Shown one piece after another: positions 36,483 through 50,942 of a stretch of DNA of 64,000 bases (within the stretch, counting starts at the first letter, position 1; the number at the start of each line of letters is the position of its first letter). Position numbers and translations under genes: made by a program. The notes beneath the pieces are model-generated. The model saw only the letters and a list, made by a program, of their open reading frames with translations, was not told the DNA's origin and did no database searches. Source of the DNA: Auanema rhodensis (lineage: Eukaryota; Animalia; Nematoda); the NCBI GenBank assembly GCA_964057225.1, contig OZ059897.1, positions 16,244,001 to 16,308,000 of the forward strand, given 5' to 3'.

Positions 36483-36829
36483 TGATATACATAATAATGG
36501 TTACTAATATATAAATAGCTGAAAAGATGATTCTCTTATTTCTCATATTCTTAATTTTTATTTCTTAGAGCATTGTTCCAATTTTTTTCATATTTTTGTT
36601 GCTTTCTTTGTTTTCAAGTTTATCTCAATCTTCTGACGACTTAGGGTCCCTGCTGTCGATCGTTATGGCAAAAGTAACGCCGAGATGTCACGTTTTATCG
36701 AAAATGCGTAATTGCGTATGACATTCAAATTTTTAAGACTTTTATCTCAAAATATTGAAAATTTTGAATATCTTTTTTTTTCAATATATATTCTTGTATT
36801 TATAATTTTTATATTATGAATTTTAAGTA

Positions 36830-38735
36830 ATGAATGCCGAATTACTGGAGAAAAGTATTGGAATGCCTGTGCCAGAAGAACTGGACGGTACCCTAGATCT
36901 TCAAGTAAAATTTAATTAATGTTTATATAGTTATTTTTTTTATAGAATGGCCTTGCTAATTGTTGCAAGTTTAATAGATGGGGAGCATTAGTTGCTGTTG
37001 GTAGTACTGATGGTAAAGTGTTTATTTTTGATTTTGTTACACGAGGGATAGTTAAGGTTAAATTAATTTTGGACAACGATAATAAAAGAAAATTTTGTTT
37101 CAGTCATGGTCTGCTCATCCCCATCCTATAAGTTCGTTATCGTGGTCTAGAGATGGACGACAACTTATGACGGCATCATCTGATACCACAGTTGCAATCT
37201 GGGATGTTCTACAAGGAACAGTAATACATAGATTTAAGTTTGGTTCAATGATAACTTCTGCAGTATTTAGTCCGAGGTATAGAATGTTTTTATTTATTTG
37301 TAATTTATTTCTCTATTTTATTTATAAAATTATTCTTTTAAGAAACAATAATCAGTTCATAGTTGTTCAAGTGAATTGTCCCCCCTCTGTAGAAACTATC
37401 GAACCCCGTAGTACTAAAGTGAGTACATTTGAAAAAAAAACTTATTTTTTAATATTTCTCAGATTTTAACAAATGAAATACCTGGTTCCATTGAAGATAG
37501 TATGTCTTCTGTATCGTATGATAAAAGATCTCGTTATATAATTACTGGAACAACGAAGGTACTGTATTTAGTTTTATTAAACGGATTAAGTTTTATATTT
37601 TAGGGCAAAATAATTATTTATGATGCTATTACGTTTAAAGTAATGAATTGGTGCAGACAAAACAGTGTACAACAGGTATATTTAACGATTTAGTTATTGA
37701 AAAAAAATTGCTTTTGCAGATTAGGCAAATCATAGTTTCACGTCGGGGTGACTATATTTTAACAAATTCTCAGGTTAATTTTTTTCAAAGTTTATGTAAT
37801 CATATAAGAATTACTTCAGGATCGCGTAATTCGTTCATATAGTTTACAATTTTTGCTAGAGTGTCAAAAAGGTAGCGTTGTAGAACCTAAAAATAAGGTG
37901 TTAGATATTGTTAATAAGGTATATCATTATTTTTATTTTTTTGCGAACTTTTTTTCATTTTGGGCCGCTTGGAAATCTGTTTGTTCCGATGCTGATGGAC
38001 ACTATATTTGTGGAGCTAGCACGAAAGGACATTCACTATATCTTTGGGAAAGAACGGGGACTTTAATTAAAATTCTTCACGGTACCAAGGTATCATACAA
38101 ATGCTTAAAACTATTTGTTTACTATAATATTCGAGGGTGAAACTTTACTTGACGTGCAGTGGCATCCCACACGACCTGTGTTACTCTCAGTAGCTAATGG
38201 AATCATATCAGTATGGACACAAGCTCATGTTGAAAATTGGTCTGCGTTTGCACCCGATTTTACTGAGCTGGAAGAGAATTGTAAATATGTCGAGAAGGAA
38301 GGTGAATTTGATATGGAGGATGAAGATGCCGAGGAGGAATCTAGAGATAAAGAAGTAGGCGCGTTGTTAAAAACCTTTTAAATTTGTACATTTTCTAGGA
38401 ATCAGAGGATGAAGACATTGATGTCGTTACGATGAAGCCTGGTGATATCTTATGCAGCTCAGATGAGGAAGTAATCTTACATGAGAAATAAATTTTAAAT
38501 TGACTTTTAATTTTAGGCTGATATGGCTAACTTGATGCCCGATGTTACTTTGAAAACAGGGCCTCTCTGGTTTGTACCTATTACACCCGATATTGATAAC
38601 CCCGAACAAACTTCTAATCAAATGGACGTTTTGGCGAGACCATCTAGTCAGGTTGCTAATGAAATGGAAGATGCTTCAAGAAAGCGGGCATACCCTGGAG
38701 GTAAGCCTGGGCCACGTCCACGTAAATCCAAATAA
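36830..38735 (+). CDS. rbbp-5: RbBP5/Swd1 WD40 subunit of COMPASS/MLL (multi-exon)
   Basis: [71 protein letters not shown]. Confidence 0.95.
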
Positions 38736-39417
38736 CGTTTTAAACGGTATACTCTCCAATACCTTCTCAGTTTTCTTTCAAGACATCTCAAAACTCTGTA
38801 GCCATGCTCATCTATCAGAATTGTTTTTACTGTGGAAACTCAGTTTCTATTCTTTTTGTATGTTTAATCGTTCGTTACGTTATGATTGTATTTGTATATT
38901 TATTTTTCTGTTTTTATTTATTCCCCACATCCGGTGGTATTGATTTCATGTACTTAATTAAAACCGACGATTAAAATTCTTAATATCGTACTTTTATTCA
39001 TTTTTACTTTTACTTTTACTCAAACACAATTCTGTAAGGGAAACATCATGTTTGGAAATCGAAGTGTTGGAATTGTTTCTGATTCTAATGGAAAAACATA
39101 AATCTTTCAGGTCTTATGACAACAATAAGAAATTTTTTCCATATACATATATGCATACGAGACCAATTTAAGATCATTATGCCGGAAGATATTAAGCATA
39201 GAATAGGATTTTATGGAATAATTGCATGAGACTAGTAAAATGTTTGTTTCTTTCTTCATCTTTGTACAACTCAGATAACCTAGTTTTTACGGCTCCGATA
39301 ACCTAGCACTTTACTCCGATAACCTAGTTATCCGTGGGTTATACAAAGTCTAGCTGTAGCAAAACAGCCAAACTGTATTTATTATCTTTTCCTACACTGT
39401 CGACAACTCTCCCAGTC

Positions 39418-41689
39418 ATGAATTCTGTTCTGAATATCGTAGCAGAAAATCAAAACGAGGTTTTTTTCATTTTTAATTCACCAATCTGTTTATTTTATAA
39501 GGATTCCGGCTCACATCCAAGAAGATTCAGCTTAGTTCACCAAGCTAGCTGCGAAACTCAGCACATTATTGTATTGAAACATCGTGAAACCATCCGTCAA
39601 CGTCAACAATTAGAACAAGGATTATCAGATCGAAAAGGCGAAGTATGAACACTTGAATTGTACTTTTGTCAGTTAGTAAGTTTTTAGATTCTACAAAAGC
39701 TTAACGACGAAGCTGTTGATCTTATCTGGTCAGCTGATAGCGGACCGATAGAATTTTCTGCGATCTTGACAAGCACAGGTATAGATAACAAGAAAACTTT
39801 AATTTTTTGAATTAAAAGCCATAACAAAATAATGTTGTAAAGGAAAAATGTTTTTAGCTCCATTGTCTGATTTTGTACATGCTTGCTTAGAAGCGTTCGA
39901 ATCAAATGGCTTAGATTTGCAACATATTGAATCAAGAAAAGGAAAATCATCAGTACCCAGCACGTATTATTGTTAGAATAATTAATTATAATATATATAC
40001 ATAAAATACAAAAATGTTAAGGTTGGGATTTGCTGGCTGATTGTAAAGCTACTAAGGACCAACTTCTACTTAGTGCCACAGCGTTAATTGACTCACATCT
40101 AGAACTCAGCAACATTGCGTTGTATCATAAACAAAAAGAACCAAGTGGTATAACAAACAATTATTTTAAATATTTCATGTTTTTTTTCAAATATTTTCAT
40201 TTAGTTCCATGGTTTCCAAAACATGTCTCAGATCTGGATTTGTGTTCCAATTGCATCACCAAGTATGAACCAACAACGGATCCACGACATCCGGTATGTG
40301 CTTTGCTAGAAAATTGCTCTTATAGTTCTACAACTATGGTGATTTGCAGGGCCATGGAGACAAAACATACATACAGCGAAGAGAGTTTCTCAATAACCAA
40401 GCATTAGAATTCAAGCAGTTAGTCCAAAATTTATAAAAAATTGGTTGATGTGTTGAAATAAATTTAGTGGAGATCCAATTCCATTCGTTGAGTATTCTCC
40501 AGATGAACATGCTACATGGACAGCTGTATATGAAAAGCTGAGAACTCTACACGATTCTTTAGCATGTGAAACATATAAGTAATAAAATTATAAACTTTGT
40601 AAAGTACTTCTAATATTTAAGAAAAAACTTCAAAATGCTCGAAGAAGAAGGAATTCTGACATCATCTCGCATTCCCCAAATACATGATGTCAACAAATTT
40701 TTGCAAAGTTAGTATTACAGCTGTGCAGCTTAATGATTACTGTATTAAGAACGTACGGGGTTTATACTTCGTCCATGTAGTGGACTGTTATCAGCTCGTG
40801 ATTTTCTAGCTAGTCTAGCATTTCGAGTATTTCAGGTTTACAATAAAAGTTTGTTTGCAAGTATTTTTTTTTGGACTTTTAGACAACTATCTACCTACGT
40901 CATTCCGCCAGTCCTCATCACTCACCCGAACCTGACTTGATTCATGAACTATTAGGACATGTTCCAATGTTTTCCGATCCTCTGTTAGCTCAGCTTAGCC
41001 AAGTTAGCAATACTTAAACAGGAATAGTTAAAAGTTATTACTTTAGGATATTGGATTGATGAGCTTAGGAGCAACAGATGAGCAAATTGAAAAACTTGCT
41101 ACTGTTAGTTTACAACCCAAAGAATATTAGTTTCATTCTAATTTAGGTTTATTGGTTCATTGTGGAGTTTGGATTATGCGAAGAGAACGGACAGCTTAAA
41201 GCTATTGGAGCTGGTCTTTTATCAGCATATGGTGAACTTATTGTGAATAATTCTATATTTATACAGAAATTACAAAGTGAAATTACAGCATGCCTGCTCA
41301 GATGTTCCTGAACATCGAGATTTCATACCTGAGTTGACTGCCATTCAAACATACGAAGACAGCGAATATCAGCCATTATATTTCAAAGCACAAAGTATAC
41401 AAGATGCTTTGATTAAGCTTAGGTAATAAACCAATATTATATGAATAATGAATTAAATTATATTTGTTTCAGACAATATGCTTTGTCATTGAATCGTAAT
41501 TTTTCAGTTATTTATGATCCAATTACACAAAGTGTTGAGGTAATACCTTATATTGAAATATCAATATTTATAATTTTTTCTACATAGGTGGTTGACCGTG
41601 TATCTGATTTGAATACTGCGTTTGACAGATTCCGTCTAGAACTTTCTACAATCAGTCAATCACTTGATATAATTAGCAAGAAATCTTAA
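39418..41689 (+). CDS. cat-2: Tyrosine hydroxylase (multi-exon)
   Basis: [15 protein letters not shown]-terminus, [68 protein letters not shown]. Confidence 0.93.
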
Positions 41690-42040
41690 TTCCAATTTAT
41701 AAAAAAAAAACTTTATATAGAAGTAGGCTAGTAGCTCTTATTGAAACATTGATATAGATGAGATTTGAGAAAGAATCTTTGGAAAAAAAAAACCCAAAAA
41801 AATTACATAAACAATTATATGTATGTATATGTTAAATATGTTAACTTTTTTTAAAATACCTGTTTTTCTATTAACAACCAAAATTAAAAATAGAATAAAT
41901 CTAGAATTATCTTAGACTGAAGATTCAATATGAAACAAATATAAGTTGAAATTCCAAGTTCATGTTGAGCACTCTTATAAACAAATAAAATGATTATTGT
42001 GCTAAACTTTGATTATTATATGAAACTATGAACTAATTGA

Positions 42041-45000
42041 CTATGCAGTTTCTTCGGCAGTTACATCCATGAGTTGATTTTCATTTTGGTTTTGTAAAAT
42101 ATGATAAGAACTTCCAATATCTGCGGATAAATTTAAAGGATTGTCAAAATCCATATCCATATTATCAAAAGTTTCTAGCTTTGGTTTTCCAATAGATCGA
42201 ATATGTAGGAGACAAATTAAAGAGATTAATGTACCTAAAACAAATAAATATATATTTGTTAACTAAAATTTAGATTAATAATAAAAACTTACAGAAAAGA
42301 GACATAGCATCCACAGTATTATGAACTCTCCATTCTAAATTGAGATCATCTCCAGTTCCCCGATAATCTAAGTGACTTAAGCAGTCCACAAAACGAACTA
42401 AATTATTAAAATTAAATTTTTTTTTAAAATAATAAATGCGGAGTACCTGCAGAAATACATATTAATGAGTCAACTGTCATTGGATATTTGTGCATTTCTT
42501 CGCTACTTACGATCTGAAAAAATTAAAAATTGAATAAATGAGTGTGAAAAGATCATAAATTACTTGATATAATGGATAAACAACTAATGAAACAGCTAAT
42601 GAAAAGTGATAAACATATCCATAAATGACGACCAATGGATGAATTTCATCAAACGTTGTATCTCGAACTGTCAAAGCAGCCATGATTAGAAGTGCCCCAA
42701 TACACATCAAAACAGCAAGAAACTAAAAGAAATATTATTTTCCTTTTTGAAATAAATCGTTCATCTTCTCACCCGAACAAAATTTTCTAATTTACGAGTT
42801 TTCTTCCTGTCAGTTTCACTTAATTCTCTTGAGTCACAATTCAAACGGAAAATTCTGATGAGCACAACGGCATATAAACAACAAGATAAGAGAACAAAGA
42901 AATGAGCCAATGTTTCAGTTAAGTGAATGTTTAATTCTGAAAAAAAATTTAATTGTGAATCTAATTGAAATTATGTATTTCACCCTGGCTCGCTGATGCT
43001 CTGTGAGCACATGACTCTTCATACATCATGCTTTCACACATTTTTTTGACAAAATATGCATGATGAGTCAAGAAGAAATAGCTTCCAATTTGAAAAAGAG
43101 TAGAATTTGCAGTAAGTAAGCATACGGTAAATCTAAATTCATAAGATATACTTTATATAAAAATAATTTTAAATACTTACGCTAAAGGTAATGTAAGAGA
43201 TGCAAATCCAGGGACAATTGAAACTGTTGTAGAAATAATTAATATAATTAGATAAAATGGAGTTTTTTGTTCATTTGAATGAAATAATGTATGAAACAGA
43301 TTGTTAACACCAGCATAGATATCCACAACAACTATTATAATGAATAGAGTAGTAAATATACAGCATAATCCAATGAATAAATTTCGAACATTAGGTTCTA
43401 ATCGTATTTTGCATACACCCGGAAACTGAAAAAAAATTTATTTAACCAAAAGATATAAAAAAAATTAATTTTTTCGAAATTAAATATATACCTGAGATAT
43501 CTGGCATAATGCAACAGCTATTAGAACAAATGCTTGCATGATACCTATAGCAATTGCTGCAGATCCTAAATACACAAGAGTACTATATCCACGATCGATG
43601 GTTACTTCATTCCCCAAGAATTGTCTAAAAGCAAAATTGTTTAAGTTCTTATTGTTTTTCTTTTTTCACCTATAATCAACCCAAATGTAAAAAATTGCTG
43701 GCCATATTAATGTACAACATAAAGCAATTGATACTCCTCGAAGTAAATCACTACCGCTTGCTGACAATACCGTAATTATTCCTAAAAGAAGCTTTCAAAT
43801 CCGAGAAACAACAGTATTTCATAATTTCATAATTAGCTCTTATAATTCTTGAAATTTCAGAAACTAACCACAACAGATTGCTATTATAATCCATGATGGT
43901 TCATCAATTGTATAATTATTATAATATACAGAACGAACACGTTCACTTATGTTTATACTGAATTCCCATAAAAATACAACGGCACGAATAACAGCAAGAC
44001 AGATTAGACCAGTACCCAAACCAAGAACTTGAACATTTTTTCTCTGAAAGATTTCTTTTTCAACATTTATATTGGAAATAGGTTTAGAAATGTAATGAAT
44101 AGACTATTCAGTTTAGATACCATTTCAAACCGAGAAGTTTCTTTTTTTTAACTGAATAGCTTAGTTTGTTAGATAAGCACACATACTCTTATCTATTTGT
44201 TTATCTTTTGTTCTCATTTTTTAGCACAAACAACGAAACAATTTAAATTACTGCTCCGTACTAAATAAGATCATTCCTTTCCTCGAACTTGAAAGCTTAT
44301 AATAAACAGGCTCGAAACATTTTTTTTAAAATTAAGCAAACAAATCCCTTACTGTTTTTGGTAGATGGTAATTTGACTGAAGAAGATAACGAAGAATATA
44401 CAAACAGCACGGAATCGCCACCAAACATACAAGAATATCCAAAACGTTATACAAGATAAGATGATCATTCTGAAATATCATATGAAAAATATCTTTTTTT
44501 TTTGATTTTTTCAAATCTTGACAAAAGAAAAATTTTCATAATATATGCATAATCTTTAAGAGAATCTGATACATTGAAGAATATAGACCTTCTATATTTC
44601 TTCCTGTTCATATCAAATTTCATGTATATAGATATGAAATTTTCACTTTTCTGTCCTAAGACTCCTTCACCCTCAATAAAAATAGTTGTTTATCGTACTT
44701 CAAAGAAAGAAAGGCTTGTTTGACAAGGAAATAACAAACAGTTTTTTCATTTCACTTGTTTACCTCAAGAATGCACATGTAACTTAGTTTAAGTTAACTT
44801 ATCGAAGAATTTTCGAATAGTCTTGTTTAGAAATTAAAAATAATTGGAACAAGAAGAAAGAAAAATATTTTAAAAGTTTAAATCTTTTTTCCTAGTTTTC
44901 AAGTTATAAAAACTTACAAGTTTGTCTTGGGACTTAATTGTAGTTATTTCAGTTAATCCAGTTAAATATTTTAAATTTCTATAATCAGTAACAACTGAGG

Positions 45001-45339
45001 TCAGACAAATACATAGACATAATATATTTGTTGAAAAAGAAAATACCTGAAATATAAAATTATATTTTACTTAACTCGATAATTATTCAAATATTCAAAA
45101 AAAATTAGAAAAATAAGTTATAAATATTATTTACGAACTTCTCCGAAATAATCTCCATCAATTGTTGTTCGATGCACCAAACCGGTACAGAAAATTATAG
45201 TTGTGATCCAATGAGTGTTCACATAATATGGTATAAAATAATTCCGTTCGGCGTTTTTTAAAGCTGCCACTAAACCGTTCACAATACTGAAGACTCCTAT
45301 GACGATTAGAGCCAATGCTGGACGACGCCCGGTGAACAT
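42041..45339 (-). CDS. Uncharacterised multipass membrane protein (multi-exon)
   Basis: Spliceable hydrophobic exons from MFTGRRPALALIVIGVF to ...LMDVTAEETA*; family not recognised. Confidence 0.7.
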
Positions 45340-46779
45340 CGTCACAAAACGTCAGTTTACTTCCTCAATATTAATGCTCAACAATCCTATAAATTTGATT
45401 CAAATTAGATGACAAGTAGTTAAGGAATAGAGAGACAATGTTAGTCATTTCTAATGTAAAGGAAGGTCATATATTTGAGGGAAAACATTTGTACTTAAAC
45501 AATAGACATTCTCAATCATTTAAAACTTCCCTATGATTACAATGGCAGACACTTTACAAGAAAAAATCGATGCGGACGTTTGCTAACATCGTATTAGGAG
45601 AGAAGTAGATCATGATCAAGACAGTGAGACATCTTGAGAACTCAGAGAGCGAGACTAGTCAGTGAAAAAGAAACAGATGAAAAGAGAGGAATAGGACAAA
45701 GATATTATGTAATTCAAGGATGATTTGGAAGAGTAATATGAGTGGAATGTGATTAAAAGATTGAAACAACCAACTATTTGACTGGAAACGTAATAATTTT
45801 CATTATAATTGAGAAAGCTTCTCTATGTAAGACGGAGAAACATTTGTTAGTGTGATTCTGTTTCTTACTGCAAAATGAGAAGGCGTGGTTAACAGGGCGA
45901 AGAGTGGAAAAATGCTGACACTATTTAGTTATTTGTAGTTGAATATTACTTTATTTATAATACAAAACAAGAAAAATTAATTAAACGACAAGATAGAATT
46001 ATTTTTCATTTCGATAATAAGATGAATAAGTACCAATTGATACCACATATACTTGATGAATCTTATGAACATACATATGGAGTTGGAAGAATATTGTTAA
46101 GATCTATTAAACTAAAAGTTCAATAGCTGTTAGATTAATTAAAAAGCACTAGAAAAAGAATTAAAGATGATATCATCTAATCAAAAAAAGTGACTGACAA
46201 GACACTGGAAGTTTTTTTTTTGTTGGAAATATTAATAAGGTGAAAGTTTCCTGTGTTATGCATGAAAGGAGTAAAAGAGTTGTGTGAACGAATGACGGTC
46301 ATGCGATTGATTGATTTCCATTCATAAACATATAAGAGGAGGAGACACACACACACATCACATCACATCACATATACTTCTATATATAATATATAACGTC
46401 AAACAAATTATGGAAAATTAGAACATAACATTACTTCCGTACATGTATTCTTCAAATTCTACAATTCAATTTTTTAGATTTTAGTATTGTTTTCAGTTTC
46501 AAAAGTTATTTTATCATCATAATGTAAATTTTGCTTGTTTTTCAGTTTACATTTAAAAAAATTAAACTATTAAAATCAAAAAAATGTTTTTATCTTTCAA
46601 ACTTCGATAAAAAATCTATGAAATTCTTATACATATAATACAAAATGTCATCAAAGGAATGATAGGAAAGATATCCAATATTTCTAACCCGCATACAAGG
46701 ACTAAAGCAGAGAAATACTACTGAAAAATACATGAGAATGCTAAGACATTAGTAAAAGTTATAAAAATTTACATCCTAA

Positions 46780-48497
46780 TTACAAAGAATACTGTGATAG
46801 AATATAATATCCAGCTGCTGCACTTGCCGCTCCCGCAACAAAGACAAACTGTAATGCATAACGAGGAATGGCACTGGGTAGGTGATTTCTTGGAGTTGAA
46901 ACAACCTGATTTTGATTTTTAATAATCAAAAGGAATAAAAAATCTACCTGTGATTTGTATTCCTCCAAGTAACGCCCTTTGAGAAGACAAGGCTTTAGAA
47001 GCCTTGCCAAGTACCTTGAAACACAAAAACAAAATAAGGAAAATCAGTAAAATAAAACTTACTTAGCATCAGATAACAGAGCATCCAGGGGAAGATCATA
47101 CGGCATATTTGACAACAGTTGATGAATAAACGGCATTTCTCTGGAAACAAAATTACATATATATATGACATATAAAAATTATTTTACCGTTCACACGACA
47201 AAATTGCTGATTTCCGCAGAATGACAACAGTAGAGCAAACATATACAGGCAAAAGGGGATGTGAAGCAAGCAAAAAATCAAAAAATCTTACAATCTATTA
47301 AAATAAATTTCATTTATTAATAAATAAATAAAAACACCTGTGGGTATTGTTGTAAGGAATGGCTAAACCAGGTTAAGGGCCAACTAAGAGCGAACAATGA
47401 ACCAAGCTGGACGCCTCTCATTACCCTTTCTAGTTGTGGCTCAACTCGAGATAGTATGACATACCTAGAACATAGATAAACCATAAATTAAAAATATTTT
47501 CTAACTTACATCAAATCTAGTTCTTTAAGAACACTATCTTCTAGTGTCTTCAATAAATATGCATTAAAACAGCCATTCTTAGCTAAATTAACACAAATTT
47601 TTAAAGCCTTTTCGACTCCACAGACTAATATCAATGTCAGACACACATCATGAAAACCTGAGAACATTAAATAAAAAATATTATATAATTATTGAATCCA
47701 AACCTTGATAATAACGAAATCTCCTATTAGTTTTTAAAACGCGCACAATGAGAGGAATTAATTCTTCCTGGAGAGTTAGACGATGCTTTTCAGTTATATT
47801 AGGAGGAAACCTTTTGAGTGTTCTATTAACATCTAGCTCAACCTTTAAAATTATTTTCGACAATAACTAATGAAACACACTATATTACCTGATGCCATTC
47901 AGGATGATTTCGTAATTCATCAATGCTGATGTCTTCTGGATTCTTACAAAAGAACTAATATATAGCCTATTTTAACAATGATTTACCTCATCTGCATTTT
48001 CTGAATTTTCAGAAAGTTCAGACACAGCTGATTCAAAATCTGAATCAGCCGTATCATCGCATTCGTTGTCGCTATTTTTCGAAATCAAATTAGCAGCCAA
48101 TACTGGCCAAATAATAGCTCGAAATTCATCGTCAATTAAACCACCTGGAGAACAAGCAAAATGTCGCAATTCTTCTGAAAAAAAAAACGAAATAATCACT
48201 TCCAAACAGGAATGTAGAACTAACCTATATATTCAGAAAGTTTTTCTTCGGAATGATCTCTCAAAAATTTAGCAATAGCTTCTCGTTTAATTCGCAATGC
48301 CTTCCAACGAGCCATTTTGATAGGACTCTCTGACAGTTCATCATCAGACTAAAATACAACAAAAAAGTAAGAGACCTAATAAAACGACAAACCTCAGATA
48401 ATAGAAATTTATCTATATCATTACAAGAAGCAGTGTTCCATTTGTTTTGGTTATTGAGCTCGTGTAAAGGTGAAGCGGGCACGGATATGGAGGGCAT
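46780..48497 (-). CDS. tbc-20: TBC1D20-like RabGAP with C-terminal transmembrane anchor
   Basis: GGLIDDEFRAIIWPVL, VELDVNRTLKRFPP, FRYYQGFHDV, ALSWPLTWFSH and a hydrophobic C-terminus. Confidence 0.88.
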
Positions 48498-48866
48498 TTA
48501 TGGGCCTTACGGTCCAAAAATTTCCATAAAAAATAGCTAGTTATTTTTTTCCCGTTCTATTAGAGTATCTGTAATTACTGAGAGAGTGAGTTTCTGCGTT
48601 ATCATTATAAAAATGAAAATAAAAACCAATATAATAGTATTACGTGGCATGTATTACAAGTTAAGAACAAAAAAAATTTAAAAAAAAAGTATTGAGAAAT
48701 GAAAAAATAATATATGTAATTTATTTATATGACGTATAATATTACTTTCATTTTTTATAAAGTTTGTAGATAAAGAATTAGAGAATATCTTCGTGCGCTT
48801 TTATGGTGAATTGGCGTCTTCCTAGTGTTTAAACGGGCTTCAGCGTAATTTTTAACTTGAAACAGA

Positions 48867-49800
48867 ATGAATGGCTTAAATAAGGCTTGTAGATTGTCTC
48901 AATTCTACATAGACCCATGTTGCCCTAGATCATGGCTTTTCTACAAGGTTAAAACATTGTCAAAATATATATGACAATTCAACTATTTCAGAACCATGAA
49001 CACCTTTTCACTGATGAGTCTTTCATCCCAGTTAGTAATTTTAAGATTGCAGCTTTACGGCGGTTTACCGGCCATCGTAAAAATATTCAAGGTAGGGAAA
49101 CCTAGTATAATTCTTTAACTGGTGTTGCAGTACCTTCAACCGACTTCAATGATATACTTCTAATGCATGTGTCAGGGGTACCCCAGAATTATAAAGAGGT
49201 TTTCTATGCTATTTATTTATTCTAATCAATTATGTTAGATATACAAAACTTACTTATCACATCGATCTGTTTTGTCTATTTATTTATTGATTGCTATCAA
49301 GGAGCATTTTCCGGAAAGACTTATAAGAAGTTACCAGGTATTAGGAGAGCGCATTTGGACAAAGCAACTACCCATTCATAAAGGATGCTATCTTTCTACT
49401 TGTGCAAGAGAAGCAGGTTTTGAATTACGGTAAGATTTGGAATTATGAATCAAAAAAATAAAGGAGTCAATCTTGAATGATACTGCTTTAAAAAAGTTGT
49501 TATCAAACTGTGAAAACAGAACCAAAAAAAAGTTTTTTTGGACACAACAGTATACTGTATTTTAGGGAGTCGGAATTTTTGATTTCAAGACTTACTCATC
49601 GTTTGTACAGATCTAAGCTGGAAGAAACATCTATGGATTGTGTAGCATTCTCGGTACATACGAATTTAACTTTCAAGTTTTAATAACCTTTTCAGAATAG
49701 CTTAGCTCCTTTCGTTAATATTATTAAAGATGATGGAAATTCAGTTGTTTTAGAAGATTCTGACTCAGAAAAAATAAAAGAAATTTTCATTGATAAATAG
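48867..49800 (+). CDS. Divergent DsbA/GST-kappa-like thioredoxin-fold protein (multi-exon)
   Basis: The N-terminal FYIDPCCPRSWLFYK resembles the F-D-xx-(C/S)P-x-S-W motif. Exon boundaries are only partly resolved. Confidence 0.55.
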
Positions 49801-50096
49801 CATAATTTATTTTATAATAATGAGAAAATTTGAAGATATATATGTAGGGTTTAAATTGGTCCAGCCGCGAATATTACGGTGGCCACAGAGAGCACTGCAC
49901 CGCCCGTTGTTGTCTTCTTTTATTCAAGTTATTTTTCTTTATTATTTTTGTTACTTTTATTTTAAGTGCCATATTTGAAAATTAATAAATGTTAACAGGT
50001 TTACACAAGTGTTAAGTACCGAAATGTTTGAAGATTCTTTAAATATTAAAAAATCCCTTAAATTATTTTTTGAAAATTTTAAGTTTCATCTTCAGA

Positions 50097-50782
50097 ATGT
50101 CGTTCCTGCGACCTCCCCCAGCCGGAACTAAACTCACTCCATGGGTGCCTGATTTGATCTTTATCCCTATCTCTAGAGCTGTTGAGAGAGTAGGAGTATA
50201 CTTCTACAATAGGTTTTTTTCCATAAAAATAGATTTTTAATGCTCATTTTCAGAGTTCTTAACAAGACTGAAATCGGTCTTCTCGACAAGAGATGGAACA
50301 AGAACGTTCACGGACCTTACTGCCACTGGCGTTATTATGGAAAGCGTAAGTTGTTTTTAATTAATTCTTTAGCTTTTTTTTAAGAAAATACAATTTGTTC
50401 AGTTAGAACTCTTACCCTACTACTTTTAATCCTTATTTGAAGTAAATATTATAATTAAATTGTGCATTTATATGATTTTAGTTGACACTAAGTTCATGAA
50501 CGTCAAGCTTGCTGAACTTCCTGCTTGGATTGCTCGTCGTGAAAAGACCCCAGCAGCTTTCTACAATGAGCTTATGCGCAACATCTGGAGAGTTCACAAC
50601 AAGTACTACTCTGGACCAGTTTACAGCAACACCGTATGTTTTTTTTTGTGTTTTACGTTGATAACTGTTTTGTATTACAGGTCAAGACCATCTTCCGTTT
50701 CATTTTTGCTTACTCCTTCCTTAACTGGCTGGTTAAGTCTCACCGTTACCTTGATTTCCAAAAGACTATGTATCATTGGTAG
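50097..50782 (+). CDS. Mitochondrial ATP synthase subunit f (C. elegans R53.4-like)
   Basis: Four exons: MSFLRPPPAGTKLTPWVPD...WNKNVHGPYCHWRYYGKLDTKFMNVKLAELPAWIARREKTP...YHW*. Confidence 0.9.
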
Positions 50783-50942
50783 ATCCGTGTTGGGGAGGAC
50801 TTAGTGTCCGATAGTGTTCAGATTGTTTTGCCCACAATAAATAGTTTTTAAGCTTATATTTTTATTTTTTTTTTGGTTACTTCCCTCTACCAGGTATTGA
50901 ATAATTTGCTACTTACGGTAAAAACCATAATTGCTAGGAAAT

